A stretch of DNA of 60,845 nt, counting the filler, from Sphacelaria rigidula (taxonomy: Eukaryota): assembly GCA_964200075.2 (NCBI GenBank). It is 10 parts of 10 records of this genome, joined end to end, with 100 filler letters (N's around TTAATTAATTAA, not from the genome) between each part and the next. Parts side by side here need not be neighbours in the genome. Positions count along the whole stretch, not along the records: positions 24,381 to 30,375 come from CAXNAA020022942.1; positions 30,476 to 36,469 come from CAXNAA020022943.1; 8 more parts are not named here. The stretch is one strand, 5' to 3'. Below are positions 24,381-36,303 of the stretch, in pieces (the first letter of the stretch is position 1; each line of letters opens with the position of its first letter). Position numbers and translations under genes: made by a program. A model generated the notes under the pieces. The model was given only the letters and a program-made list of their open reading frames with translations, was not told the DNA's origin and searched no databases.

Positions 24381-27359
24381 GTCGAGCTTTCCGTCCTGTC
24401 TTCACCCACATCCTGGCCTTGATCGACGCTGGAATCCCTCAGCTCGCCCGGGGTCTGGATCGCTTGCTGTAGTGTGCGGGGGGGGGCAGCGGACGTACGT
24501 GCCCATGTTACATGTCTTGTCACGGAGATAGTTCCTCATACAGTCAGAACTCGCATCGCGTCACGTGGGTAGCCCTCGGCTGGGCTCAAGTACCAGCATT
24601 GTTTTGGCCTTCGGCTGTAATTTATTTGTCCGCTTCCTCCTACAAAAACCAGGCTTCAAGAACGGAATGAGATCACCTTCCGGTAGCGATCCATACCACA
24701 TCTCATGCGGTAATTTGTGGTGCGGGTTAGCCGATGTAGCGGTACAGTTCAGGGCGTGACACGCCCAATTCGCCTGTTCAGCCCACAGGCTGTCACCATT
24801 TGGGATGCGCTCGTCGGGGTACAGCTCAGATGCTTGGATTCTGGCCGCAACGCCTGCTGTCTCGATGATACCTAACGCTCGCTCTGCAACACCGTTGAAC
24901 TGAGGCGAGTCGGCAGTTGTCTTCTCCTGCATGATCTTTTCTCTGTCGCACAGTTCACCAAATGCACCCTTCGAAAATTCACCCCCGTCATCGCTACGGA
25001 CTATCTCACTTTTTTTCGGAGAGACCCATGCAATGTATTTCGCGAAGTGTCTCTCTGCCTCATCGTATCTCTCTGCCTCATCCTTCTTGCGGAGGAAATA
25101 CAGCTCTGTGTGCCGTGAGTGATCGTCTCGGACAATCATCGTGTACGACTTTCCCCCGTTAGACTTGACTGGGTTCGGCCCGGAAAGATCTACAAACACC
25201 CTAGACGCTGATTTAGCTGCTCTCGTGTGCGTTGATCTTGGAATCAGTGCCCGCAGCCCCTTCGCCTCTGAGCAGCCGCGGCAGGGCTGCAGCTCCCCAG
25301 CCAGCTGCTTTCCCTGCTGCTCCGCGGTCTTCCTCAGTAAATCCTCGTGGACGTGAGCGTGGGAACAGTGGAATTCGTTGATGTCAGCGGTCTGGGGGCT
25401 AGGCGGAGCTCCCGGGGCAATAACAGCATATTATGCCGAAGCACACTTGTCACTACCACTTTGACCGAGGCGGCGGGCGTACATTCTGAGTCGACGTGGT
25501 TGTCCGGGTATTATCAGTGCATTTCCTGAATTGAGATCTAACCTGAAACCTGTACGAAACCCAGTGTAGGTGTGTCCCACGTGTTGGACCCTCGTGAGTG
25601 ACAAGAGGTGATCGCGGACACCAGGTACATGGTCAACATCCACTAGTTTTAGGATCACATCCTGTCCGTCAGATCTGAAGGCAAGAGACAATTTTCCTCT
25701 GCCTACGATCGGGTAAGTACTACCTCCCGCGCACCGTAGTGCCTTACCCTTGCACTCTCTGTACTCCGTCATCCCATGGGAATCGCGGGAGAAATGCTGG
25801 GTAGCCCCCGGGTCAAATATCCACGGTTCGCCCTCACCCTGCTGACTATCACCCCCCCGCTCAACACTCAATGCATACTCGCCTGTGTCGCCGTTGATGG
25901 TGGTGTCAAGAGAGGTGAAAGCCTGCCCATCTACCACCGAAAAGATGGAGGAGCTGTCGCTGTCGTCGGTCGCGCCCGTCCCCATCATCGCGTCTTCTTT
26001 CGTCTCTGTCGATCTCGGGCAGTCCCAGAACGTGTGCCCCTGCTGACCGCACCTCCCGCAGTATCTTTTCGGGCAGTTCCTGGCTCGATGCGTCGTGTTC
26101 TCGTCGCAAATGTGGCAGCGGAACAGCTGCCCAGTCACCGGTTTGCCGTCCGACGATGCCGCCCCAGAGCTACTTGAACTCTGACTCCCGCCGTTTTTCT
26201 GACCAGAGCCCTGAGGTTTTTCGTTTTCCCTTGCGGTGCGCACCGCTCGGTTTCCCGGTCCCACCACTGGCGAGGAGAGCCTTGTCGCTCGGGGATGACT
26301 TCCTTCACCGGGCAAATTCTTGCTTCAAAGATGATGATTCGAAGCGCTTTCGGATCGAAGTCAACACAACCTCCCGTGTCAGCGGTCCCTCTCGATCCTC
26401 GAGCAATTGCTTCTAAATGTGATACTCGAAGGGCAACGCGTTGAGGAATTTCAAGAGAATATTGTTTTCGCTTAGTCGTTCATGCTCCTCGAATGAGTTC
26501 AGGTCACGTGCAAGTTCCTCCATCTCGAGCAGCTTCTGCTCTGGATCATCACAGACACCAATCTTGACTCCATCGAACTTTTCCAACAAAGCGGTTCTCG
26601 AATTATTTGTTTTGGGGCGAAAGACATCCTCGAGTTTTCTCCAAACCGCAGCAGGTGAGTGGATTTTAAGCAAAATATCTTGCTCCCTCCTTCCTTCTAA
26701 ACTAGCTACAAGCATTCGTCTGGCCCTTACGTTGGCTGCTACTGTGTCCTTCCCATGTCTGCTCTCCAGATACCCCATTTCTATCTCAGGATTACCGATA
26801 TCTACATCGTAAGAACTATCGCCGGCCATGGTGAAAACCCAGCCAATTCCTTCGTCCCTTGCGAAGTTGACCAGTTCGTGCCTGTACGGAGCAAAATCAG
26901 CGCTCTTCCCTGAAAATTTTGGGACGTTCTGTCGAAAAGCGGGAACCCCTGACACATTTCCACTTGTATCGTTTGTTTGGATTGACTCACGTGCCGGGAC
27001 AAAGCCCCTAGCTTCGTCACTGGTGGCCTAGTTGTCCATTGTGTCGCGCGCTCCTTCCTCTGGAACAGCTTGACTTCCCTTCGAACTACAGCACCACGTC
27101 GCTCCGCTGTTCTATTTATGCTGAATTCCCCTTGTTGACTATGGGAACCTTCACTGTCGAGGACGCCGTTGTTTTCTGCACCCCCGGCCTCTCTTCCTAA
27201 CCTCATATTGTCCATGTTACTCTGTAATGTAGCTTGGCTCAGCTGCATATCACGCATGAGCTGAGCCGAGGAACTGACCTGACTACGTACTTCTCGCAAC
27301 TCCTCAGTAACACCCTGCTCACCCCTGACTGTAGCAGGCCTATCACCTTGTTCCGCCAT
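24381..27359 (-). mobile_element. Ty1/copia LTR retrotransposon gag-protease-integrase, disrupted and cut by the contig end
   Basis: Gag (VPKFSGK..DF, WRKLEDVFRPK, FLNALPFEY), two Zn knuckles (CHICDENTTHRARNC, CGRCGQQGHTFWDC), protease WIFDPGATQHF, integrase FVDLSGP...VRSDDGGEF...PQFNGVAER. Protease-then-integrase order is copia-type. Premature stop at 26413 and frameshifts. Confidence 0.95.
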
Positions 27360-27429
27360 TCTGCCCAACCGGTTGTAACATTAGTGTATTCCATGGCCCG
27401 TGGCGAAGGATAGATAGTTTTATCTTTTG

Positions 27430-27685
27430 TGTTATTGGAGAGTGCCTAGACTGAGTCGACCCTGTAACTGAGGGATCAGATGTTGAGTGAGCTCAGCAGG
27501 CAGCGTCGTCTCTGCCGTGAGCGGGGTGCTGTAGTCACACACACTCGACTACCAGTACCCCTACGTCCACATTAATCTATCCGCACATGTGCATGTTAAC
27601 TCAGGGTACCTGTTCACACGAACACAGCTAGCGACCCCTGCGTATATACACAAGGGGACGACACGGCGACTTTATCATGCTAACA
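27430..27685 (-). mobile_element. Candidate 256-bp LTR (5' LTR of the copia element, or an inserted solo LTR)
   Basis: TGTTA...TAACA termini 70 bp upstream of the gag ATG. Flanks TTTTG / CTTTG (4 of 5 match). No canonical TGG PBS seen. Confidence 0.55.
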
Positions 27686-27731
27686 CTTTGTGTTGATGAC
27701 ATTTGAATCGCAGGGCCCTCTATTAAGCTCC

Positions 27732-27938
27732 TTCACGAGGGAAAGGGACTACTGAACCCCTCTCGCGTTAAAAAATAAAAGGCAAGCACCGCAGAAGGAA
27801 GGTGGGGTACTAAAAATAAATATAAAAGAAAAAAGCTCCTATGTTGACCTTCCTCTTGTGTGACCCCGGCTGATGCGCCCACATATCTCGAAAGGGGTAG
27901 ACTGGCGCCCAGAATAAATCGGACGACAACACACACAC
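27732..27938 (+). mobile_element. Retroposon 3' end with AATAAA and (CA)n tail
   Basis: Ends CCCAGAATAAATCGGACGACAACACACACAC and abuts the copia RT fragment. The family assignment is from memory of brown-algal repeats. Confidence 0.45.
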
Positions 27939-27944
27939 CTGGTA

Positions 27945-28790
27945 CAAGACATGCTCAAGACAAGATGTTCGATATCAGAACTGGGGCCGGTTTCTCTCAT
28001 CCTTGAAATGGAGGTAACTCAAGATGCAGAGAGGGAAACCTTGAAACGATCACAGCACAAATACAGTTTGTTATTACTCCAAACATTCGGCATGGAATCA
28101 TGCAACCCGGTTCATACACTCGGGTTCATACACCCGGGACTTCAAGTTAATCTTCGCAAGATGCGGAGGATTCCTTCTTGAACAAGAGGGAGGTTACGCA
28201 ATACCAGGTCATGGTAGGGAGTCTCGTCTTCTTGGCCCAGCGCACAAGATTCGATGTAGCATTTAGTGTGACCCAAGCGACGCCCCACATGAGCAAACCG
28301 AACACCCAACACTTGGCGGTAGTCAGGCGTGTTTTTCGCTACTTGAAGGGAAGGCCGGATCTGCCCATCCCATACAGCGCTTCAGGTGGTGGAAACTCCG
28401 GTATACAAGGGGGAAGAGATCGACCACGGGCACAATGATGTTTCTAACAAACGGACTCGTTCACTTCTCGTCGAGTCCACAACGCATCACGGCCACTTTA
28501 ACAACGGACGCTGAGCTCATCATAGCTCTAGCAAGGTGTGGGAAATTCGGCATCTACCTCTACAATCTTCTCCGAGAGCGTGGATGGCGTCCGCTTAAGC
28601 CTCCAACCATTTTTTCTGATCCACAAGGCGCGCTTCATCTCTCATCAAATGCCAAGTTTAGCATCAGCAACAAGCATCTCGCGATTCGATTCTACAGCCT
28701 CGAGGACATGATCAGGAATGAGCAGCTCTTGATCATTCACGTACGTTCCGGGGATCAACCATCAGACATTCTTACGTAATGCTGTGACGG
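27945..28790 (+). mobile_element. Decayed copia RT C-terminus and RNase H
   Basis: ISELGPVSLIL..SQHKY, YQVMVGSLVFLAQRTRFDVAFSV, RSTTG, TTDAELI, IFSDPQGAL, KHLAIRF, DQPSDILT. Confidence 0.9.
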
Positions 28791-29318
28791 GATTGTGAAT
28801 CAGCGACCCCTGCAAGCAGTCATGGGGTTTGGTGAATAACTCCCTCTCCTTTTTTTTGTATTAACTTCTGTCGAGCCATTCCCTTTCGATGCAGATATCG
28901 TCACCTCATGGAAGCTCGCTGCATCAACCATCAACGCATTCAAGACCGCCATCAACACGACACGTGTCCAGCGCGCACCATCGTCGAAAACGCTCAGTTT
29001 ATCGTATCGCGTTTGATTAGTGAGTAGGTTATGTTTTCCGTGTGTGTGTGTATTTGTTTGGGAGTACACGTAGTGTGTGCGGTGATGAATAATCCAATGT
29101 CCTCGGAGTGTGGTTCGCGAGTATTGTCGGTGTTTACAAGACCCTGTGGCCATGCAAGACGGTGTGCACGAGTGCAGTTTTAATATGAGGTGTATTGGTC
29201 GTAGCACTAGAGACTGTACATCACAGTAGTGAAGTGTATTTCTTCTTTTCTTCCATTGCATGATGTTTTCTTCAAGTTCCTCATTTGCTCGTACGATACT
29301 GCCTTCATGGGTGGTGTT

Positions 29319-29517
29319 TGTAATGCGTGAGAGGACCGCGTGCTTAGAGGACCGCATCGGAATTTGAATACCCCCATGGTTAGGGTTAGTGTTGGGGTTA
29401 GGGTCAGGGGCGTGGTACCTGCAGGGACTGACCCGATTGGTTTTGAAAAACCTCGACCCTGAGGTATTTTGACCTACGGAGCGGTCCTCTAAGCACGCGG
29501 TCCTCTCACGCAATACA
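29319..29517. mobile_element. Ginger-like MITE (TGT...ACA termini, 5-bp TSD) with internal TTAGGG-like repeats
   Basis: 37-bp TIR TGTA(A/T)TGCGTGAGAGGACCGCGTGCTTAGAGGACCGC with 1 mismatch. TSD GTGTT at 29314-29318 and 29518-29522. Confidence 0.85.
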
Positions 29518-29735
29518 GTGTTGGACTACCTAGACGCAAGGCAGTTTATTTTTTACTGAATATCAGTTTCTATAGCAAATATAAGCACGAGCGAAAGACT
29601 ACGGTTTATAGTCTATCAAAGTAGAGTACTGTAGCACGGCAACTAGGGAAGTATCTGTGTGTTAAGTAAGGGTTATTCAGTGGGACCTTTTTCTGGTCAG
29701 GTTGGCTTGTCAGCAGGCAGTAGGGTATTATACGT

Positions 29736-29997
29736 GTATGACACTTTCTACGATAGCCCCCCCCCAAAACCAGCTAAAAGTGTCACGAAAAAAATGGCCA
29801 TACAACACCTGATGCTTGGGTTCAGNNNNNNNNNNATGAAGCGCCTCATATTGGCGACATTGGCCAGAACTAACCAAAGTGTGGGAATTCCCAGCTTCTC
29901 GTTGCGCTCGGCTTTTCCCATTTCGGTTTAGGTGAAGATTTTGCCTCCCAAAACCATGGACTTTTTTGGGGGGGGCTATCGTAGAAAGTGTCGTGTG
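29736..29997. mobile_element. TIR element (GACACTTTCTACGATAGCCCCCCC) spanning a 10-N gap
   Basis: Inverted GACACTTTCTACGATAGCCCCCCCCC / GGGGGGGGGCTATCGTAGAAAGTGTC. Related ends at 2690-2748 and 42800-42868. Confidence 0.7.
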
Positions 29998-30980
29998 CAG
30001 AACATTGTTATTTCCTACGTCGGGTTTTGGAACTGTTTTGTTTCGTTCTGAAAGTTATTGCGGCCCGTGATCGACAACATCGATTACCCACGGCTCCACT
30101 CTCTCTCTCTCCCAAACTACCTCTGTGCACCTTTCTCAGAAGAGACTACGTGGTATTTTATTCGGTCGACTAAGCGCCCCTAGCACACTATCTTGTATTC
30201 TTATTTTCTGCTACGCACCCCAAAGTACGTTTGACAGCTACTGTGCAACCGCATTCGAGACTGTCTAGTGAGACAGTTAGCCTGTCTAGTTTATTCAGCA
30301 GTGCCGTGTTGGTGTGAACAGCCTTTCAGTGTAGTCTGCGGTACTGACAAACCACGGTACGAAGGTATCTGTCTTNNNNNNNNNNNNNNNNNNNNNNNNN
30401 NNNNNNNNNNNNNNNNNNNTTAATTAATTAANNNNNNNNNNNNNNNNNNNNNNNNNNNNNNNNNNNNNNNNNNNNCCCAGTACCAATGTACCGCGCAGAT
30501 ATCGGAACGGCTTTTAATGTGAAGACAACAACAACAACAACAACAACAACCGTCGAAGGCGTGAGGAAGTAAAGAGAGATGGGTTGATCCCCTGGGACTA
30601 TTACAACACGGATTCGTCCCGAGGAAGGATAGGGGTTTAGAGTGTGACGAAAAACAAATCGCGTGCCGATAATATATGCTACTAAAGGTTAAGTACGGCG
30701 CGTGTCCGAATCTTCGGCAGGAGGAAAGGCCGGCGATTTTACCACGTATGATAGCGTCGATGGGGTGATGAAATATTTTGACGCGCAGCGTGAGATCACC
30801 TGATGGGTCCGCGGCATCCGCACGCACGAGTTACACTCGCCCACCAGGTGCGTTGTACTTTTCTGTGCTACACGTCGCACTCCTTTGGCCGCCACGCCTC
30901 CTTTTGGAGCAATATCATTGTGAGAAACTTCATTGTCTTATCAAAGCTGTCGTAGTACGTGGGAGAATCGCCCGTCCTAC

Positions 30981-30982
<2 letters not shown>

Positions 30983-31047
<65 letters not shown>
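30983..31047. repeat. (TG)n microsatellite
   Basis: About 32 uninterrupted TG units. A (CAA)n tract also lies at 30526-30549. Confidence 0.98.
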
Positions 31048-31049
<2 letters not shown>

Positions 31050-31669
31050 CCTTTCTGTTTGAAACTCGTGTAAGTACGCTGCGCCAGGTTTAGCACCAGA
31101 AAGGTGCCGCAATAAATGTTGTTCCGAAAGAAGGACTGGCAGTCAAATGCTGCAACGTGTAATGCGCGGGAAGTACAACGCACCTGGTGCGGGTGTGAGA
31201 CTCGCTCACGTACCACCGAGCCAGTAAGTGACCTTACGCTGCGCAGACCTCGAGATATTTAATCGTCCCATCGTAGCAATCGTATGTGGTAGAATCGCCG
31301 GCACACTTACTTCTGCTGGGGAAATATGTGGGTGCGTAGTAATGTACCCCGAAGTCTAGGGTATGCGCGTTTTCCCAACATGTCCATCTTGTCATCCCAC
31401 GGTAGAATTCCGAACTCATGCCTCCGCCCTTGTTGAAGCTTGGGGTGTTTGTGTGGGGGATGCGCTGGGCTGCTGGTGCCGCTGCGTGTTTTCCTTTTTT
31501 CTTGCCATCGACCCGTCCGCTAATCCGACCAATCATCGTCATCGCCGGAAGCATTGTTGCCGTAGCTCTGAGAGCAGACAGCGAGTGCGTGCAAGCATGA
31601 AGGTCGGCTTGGTGGAGCCCGACGTGCGCGCGGTCTGCTGAAAATAAGCCCGTGCAGGAGAAAATAGCC

Positions 31670-33472
31670 ACGTATGCGGGGCCGCCGGTCGAACACCACC
31701 GGCGCCTAGACTATATCCTAGTACGTCAGCAAGACTGCGAACTCGTCCTAAATTTCACTGTGCACCCCCGACCCGAGATGAAACCGGACCATTGACTGAT
31801 CTCCGTCACCATCCGTCTCCTCCGACGGACCGCACCCAGCAGCCGACGAAAACCGGGAGGCGGGGTTAGCGGAGTGCGCTTCGATCGCGAAGCCATCGCA
31901 TCCGACCGACGCTGGAGAGAAAGTGTCTTGCAGGCCATTGTCGTCAAGCTCCCGGATGCCACCAACTCCATCGCAGTACTGGACGTCAACGACATGGCAT
32001 CTACCTTCGCCAACGACTTACGACAGACGGCCACGGATATACCCCTCGGTGCCCGAAGAGCCCGCCATCTAGAGGTTCGGTGAGTCCCCACAGGCTTAGG
32101 ATCGCCTCCAAAAGGCGTGGAATCTCAGGGGACGTGTGTGGGGGAAACTAGGCGCCAACCTCAAAGACCCTGTCCTGAAGAAGACGCTGAAGGTGACGGA
32201 CAAAGCGTTCAAACGGGTGAAGGATGCTGAGTTGCAGAACTTCGTTAATGAGTTCACCATCCGGACAGCAGAGTTTGTTTGCGAGGAGGACCAAGCAGGG
32301 CTATACCAGCACATCAAGTCCTTGGAATTGGAAGGGGAAAAGGGTTGCGGTTCAATCTACGTCAGGAGCGCGACTGGCGAGCTGTTGCGGGAAAAGCAAG
32401 CAATCCTGCAAAGGTGGAAGAGGGTTTTCAAACACTTCTGAACGCAACCTCGCCTACGACCGACACTCTGTCGTCGATCTCATCGAACAGATGCCGGAGC
32501 ACGCACGGCTCGGGGTCGAGCCCTCGCTGGAACAAATGAAGGCAGCAGTGCGCATGCTGGTGAACGGCGAGGCCGTTGGGATGGACATCATCTGCGGCGA
32601 ACTGTTGAAGGTCGGCCGCACCGAGGACTCTGCCGTCCTGAAGTGCCTCCACAACATCGTGCTCACCGTGTGGCGCCAGGAAGTAGTGCCGCAAGTTTTG
32701 GAAGACACCATCGTCAGGGTGCTTTTCAAGAAGCAGGACCCGCACGAGTGCGGCAACTGCCGCGGTATTTCGCTATGGACCCACGCGGACAAGGTGGTTC
32801 TCAAGATAGTTGCGACTCGCCTCAGCACCTACTGTGAGTGGAAGGGAATCCTCCCAGAAGCTCAATGCGGCCTCCGACCTGGCCGGTCGACTGTCGACGA
32901 CATGATGCACGTTGTGCGCAGACTCCAAGAACTGGTCAGAGAGAAGAATATTCCTCAGTAAATGTGCTGCATCGACCTCCAAAATGCATACAACTCAGTG
33001 GATCGCTCTCTTCCCTGAAAGATGCTAGCACGCTACGACATCCCCGCCAAGATGATTTCCATCTTTCGCCATTCCCACGACGACATGCGGGTATGCATAC
33101 ACCTTGACAGCGACTGGGCGTCGGAATGGTTTAACGTTAACCAGGGCCTCCGCCAAGGCTGTGCTCTCCCCCGATCATTCAACATATTTTTCGCGGCGAT
33201 GCACACGTTGGCGTTCGACCGCTTCTCGATCAATGAAGCGGTGGCGCAGAACTTTATCCGCATCGCTGAAAGGGGAAGGAAGTCCAGGGACGAATTTGGC
33301 AAAGTTCTCTGGGCTATGCTATACGCCGACGACGCTGGTATCGACTTGTGATCTCAAGTAAGCCCGGCAAAGATGATGACGGCCGTCGTCGAGTTATTTA
33401 CGGAACTCGGCTTCATGATGGTGGAAATGAAGACGATCACCACGCACACGCGCTCCCCGAACAGGGAGGCTG
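31670..33472 (+). mobile_element. Decayed RTE-like LINE (APE endonuclease C-terminus and RT), truncated after the RT core
   Basis: RLDYILVR...DH (APE); FKKQDPHECGNCRGISL, LPEAQCGLRPGRSTVD, IDLQNAYNSVDR, QGLRQGC and MLYADD (33322-33333). Several stops. Confidence 0.92.
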
Positions 33473-33597
33473 AAATAATACTATTAACTTATAGGATATA
33501 GTAATATGTATAATAATATAAGAATTCATTAATCAATTAATTCATTAATTCATTAATGATTGTTTGGATTGTTCGGGGATGGTTGAGAGATGGTTGG

Positions 33598-33854
33598 GAG
33601 CAATGCTACGGTAGGGGTGCACTTTCTTCGCGAAATTTTGTCTGGTTCAGGGGCTCCTAACGATTCTAGACGCAAAAGAATATGGGTCAGGGCATCCTTG
33701 TTTGCAGATTCATTCGGGATATCCCAAGCACATTGAAATAGTCATCCTGGCTTACTCTCGCATATTTTCATAAGTCGTGTTTCGGATGAGATAAGGAGCC
33801 CCTAACAATTCTAACCTCAGAAATTATTCATGTACCCCTACCGTAGCATCACTC
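33598..33854. mobile_element. Sola-like MITE
   Basis: TIR GAGCAATGCTACGGTAGGGGT / ACCCCTACCGTAGCATCACTC. TSD TTGG (33594-33597, 33855-33858). An internal fragment also occurs at 42664-42712. Confidence 0.88.
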
Positions 33855-34148
33855 TTGGATGGTTGGTTGGATTTTATTTTTTGGATAAGGGAACGGACAT
33901 TATGATCGAGGTGGAGCCAGCGAGCCAAAGATAAAAGCAAGTCGAGAATTTCGTCTATATTGAGGGGAAACCAGCAGCATCGGCGATGCCACTCCTGGGA
34001 GCCACAGCTGCATTGCCCAGGCCTGGACTTGCCTCTACAAGTACAACAGAGCGGTATACGAGGGTTGGCGTAGATTGGCAAGGACGCTGTGAACCACGTC
34101 ACGCACTGCATGAACTAGGCAACCGGGTTACAGTTGTTTTTTTCGCTT

Positions 34149-34423
34149 GAGCAATGCTACGGTAGGGGATTCACTTTTTCAGCAAAAACGTTTCTCGGGC
34201 TTGCTCGGGGTGTTGGACGAATCATTTCGAGAATCGGCATCATCTTTACTTGAAATATACTGAAAATGATGCCGATTCACGAAAAGGCCCCTGCGTGCAA
34301 ACACCTTGTTTCTAGGAGTCCGGTCCCCAAATATTCGGGTTGCAGAGCGAGCGCCATATATTTGGGCTCCTACAAAAAAGAGACCCAGAAACCAAAAGTG
34401 CAACCCCTACCGTAGCAATACTC
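34149..34423. mobile_element. Sola-like MITE
   Basis: TIR GAGCAATGCTACGGTAGGGG / CCCCTACCGTAGCAATACTC. TSD GCTT (34145-34148, 34424-34427). Truncated relatives begin at ~10547 and 50362. Confidence 0.88.
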
Positions 34424-34429
34424 GCTTGC

Positions 34430-34857
34430 GCTTTTTTTCTTTTGCGGTAACCCTGATCACGTGATGGTGGTGGCGCTATATCAATTTGTGCTGTATGGAA
34501 GAACCTCAACTCCGCGCAAAGGGGACGATCGTAACGTTGTGAAAATGGTGGGATGGGACCCATGAAGCAGTGTAACTCGTGGCTCTGGAAGTGGCGATAC
34601 CATATAATGGAGTAATTCATCATTCGAGGTTGTCGTCCATGACATGCGCGATAATCAACACGCTTCGGGCTGAACAGCCTAGCAGGATACAGGTCACCAC
34701 TCACGCGACTCGCCGAACACATTACGGCGCTTCGTGCTTTGTGATTGCAAGCCCGGTCCGGCGAAGACCGGGTGTCTTCCGTACCGGCTCTGCAGGGATG
34801 CCAGGTCAATGGTTTCATGGCTACGGCATGCAAGATCATGAGTACATGAGTACGCCC
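34430..34857 (+). mobile_element. SINE-like repeat
   Basis: Colinear with 56090-56503 and ends GATCATGAGTACATGAGTACGCCCC. Confidence 0.8.
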
Positions 34858-35082
34858 CACCCCCTTCGTGAGTCATTCTCCACATTCGCACCTGAGTATA
34901 CTCTATTGTTCGCACTCGGAATCGCACTTCATCGTTTAGACCCACTGCCAAGGAGACCTCTCCATCGTCTTCGCCATCTATACCCTCCCCTTGTCCCTTG
35001 GCTTGTCCTGTCTCGTCTTCCTCGCCGTCAGGATACGACCACACCCACTCTCCTCGCAAGCTGTGTGTTGAGCACGTGTGCA

Positions 35083-35176
35083 ACAGAACAGAACGAAACA
35101 GAACGAAACAGAACGGAACAGAACAAAGAAGATCATATTATATCAGATCAGATCAGATCAGATCAGATCAGATCAG
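35083..35176. repeat. Compound pentanucleotide microsatellite (AACAG/AACGA)n + (ATCAG)n
   Basis: Seen directly. Confidence 0.9.
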
Positions 35177-36201
35177 AGGAGGAACGTAACAGAACAATCA
35201 CGTTGTTGATATATTACCGTACCGTTTTGGAACAGAAAATACCATGATGGATTCAATGCATCGGCGTTTCAACAGTGCATCCTTCTAGAGCAGTTCGGGT
35301 CGGAATAGATCCATCGTGTGTGTCGGCGTTATTGCACCCTTCTCGAACAATTCAGACAAGAACAAAGCGAGTGTTTGTATTGGGGTTAGCACACCATTAT
35401 ATAACGATTCAGATCAATAATAGATCGGTGCATCTGTGAGGAGCTTTACGTTGCCGTGGCGGAGCAAGACAAATATGCACCGATTGTAGCGGAGCAAGAC
35501 AAATATCACGAGATATCTTGGTGAGTTGAGCAGACGACTGAACCGCATGGGGCGCTGCATCGTTGCGATCTTTTTATTTCTTGAGAGGTCACCCGCTTGC
35601 TTGACTTGGTTGATTCGATTCATGTACAGCTCTGTCTGAACCTTCTCTCTGAACCTCAGCCCTAAACCCCAACTATAGACCTTACAATATAGATGGAGCC
35701 ACGGAGCCGTCCTGGCTCGGCTGAATCACACTGGCCACAGTAATGGTTCCCGAACCGTTCTTATTTGGTACCTCGTGCTGAACCGTACTGGCTACTACCA
35801 GGCTGGTTGATCACAGGCCTGATGATCTACGTGTGATATCTATGTTCGATACAACATCTGCGCACGATCAAGTATGTGTGTGCCGCGGTAGTGCGCCGTT
35901 CCAGAACAGTTCCGATCAGAATGGATCAAGTGTGTCGGCGTTATAGCATGTGCCATGCAACTAGATAACAGAACAGCCGAGCATATATATCGTGTGCTGT
36001 GTTTTAACAGTATGGACAACGTTTTCACATCCATACCAAGAAAAAAAAACGATTCTCGCTCGCTCGCTCGTTAGCTCAATGGAGGACAAGAAATATTTGA
36101 AAACACTACAGCACTCACAGTCGAACATAACCAGGGAGGGATACGTGAAACACGTGACACATTTGAAAAAACCGGGAAAAACGTAACTTTGGGCCATTTA
36201 A

Positions 36202-36303
36202 CCCTTTGACCGCGAGGGTAGGTCACCAGCTGAATCGGCATCAATGCTCACTTGCAAAAAGAATGCATGATCCAGATGAACTACCCGCACCACGGTCTAA
36301 GGG
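36202..36303. mobile_element. piggyBac-like MITE family A
   Basis: TTAA-CCCTTTGACCGCGAG...CGGTCTAAGGG-TTAA. Confidence 0.9.

Noticed and set aside
29378..29410. True telomere
   Set aside because: There are only a few degenerate TTAGGG units, internal to a TIR element.
30778..31216. CVCV / HTHT ORFs
   Set aside because: They are translations of the (TG)n microsatellite.
34579..35247. 222-aa ORF
   Set aside because: It runs through a SINE copy and pentanucleotide microsatellites, with no protein-like motif.
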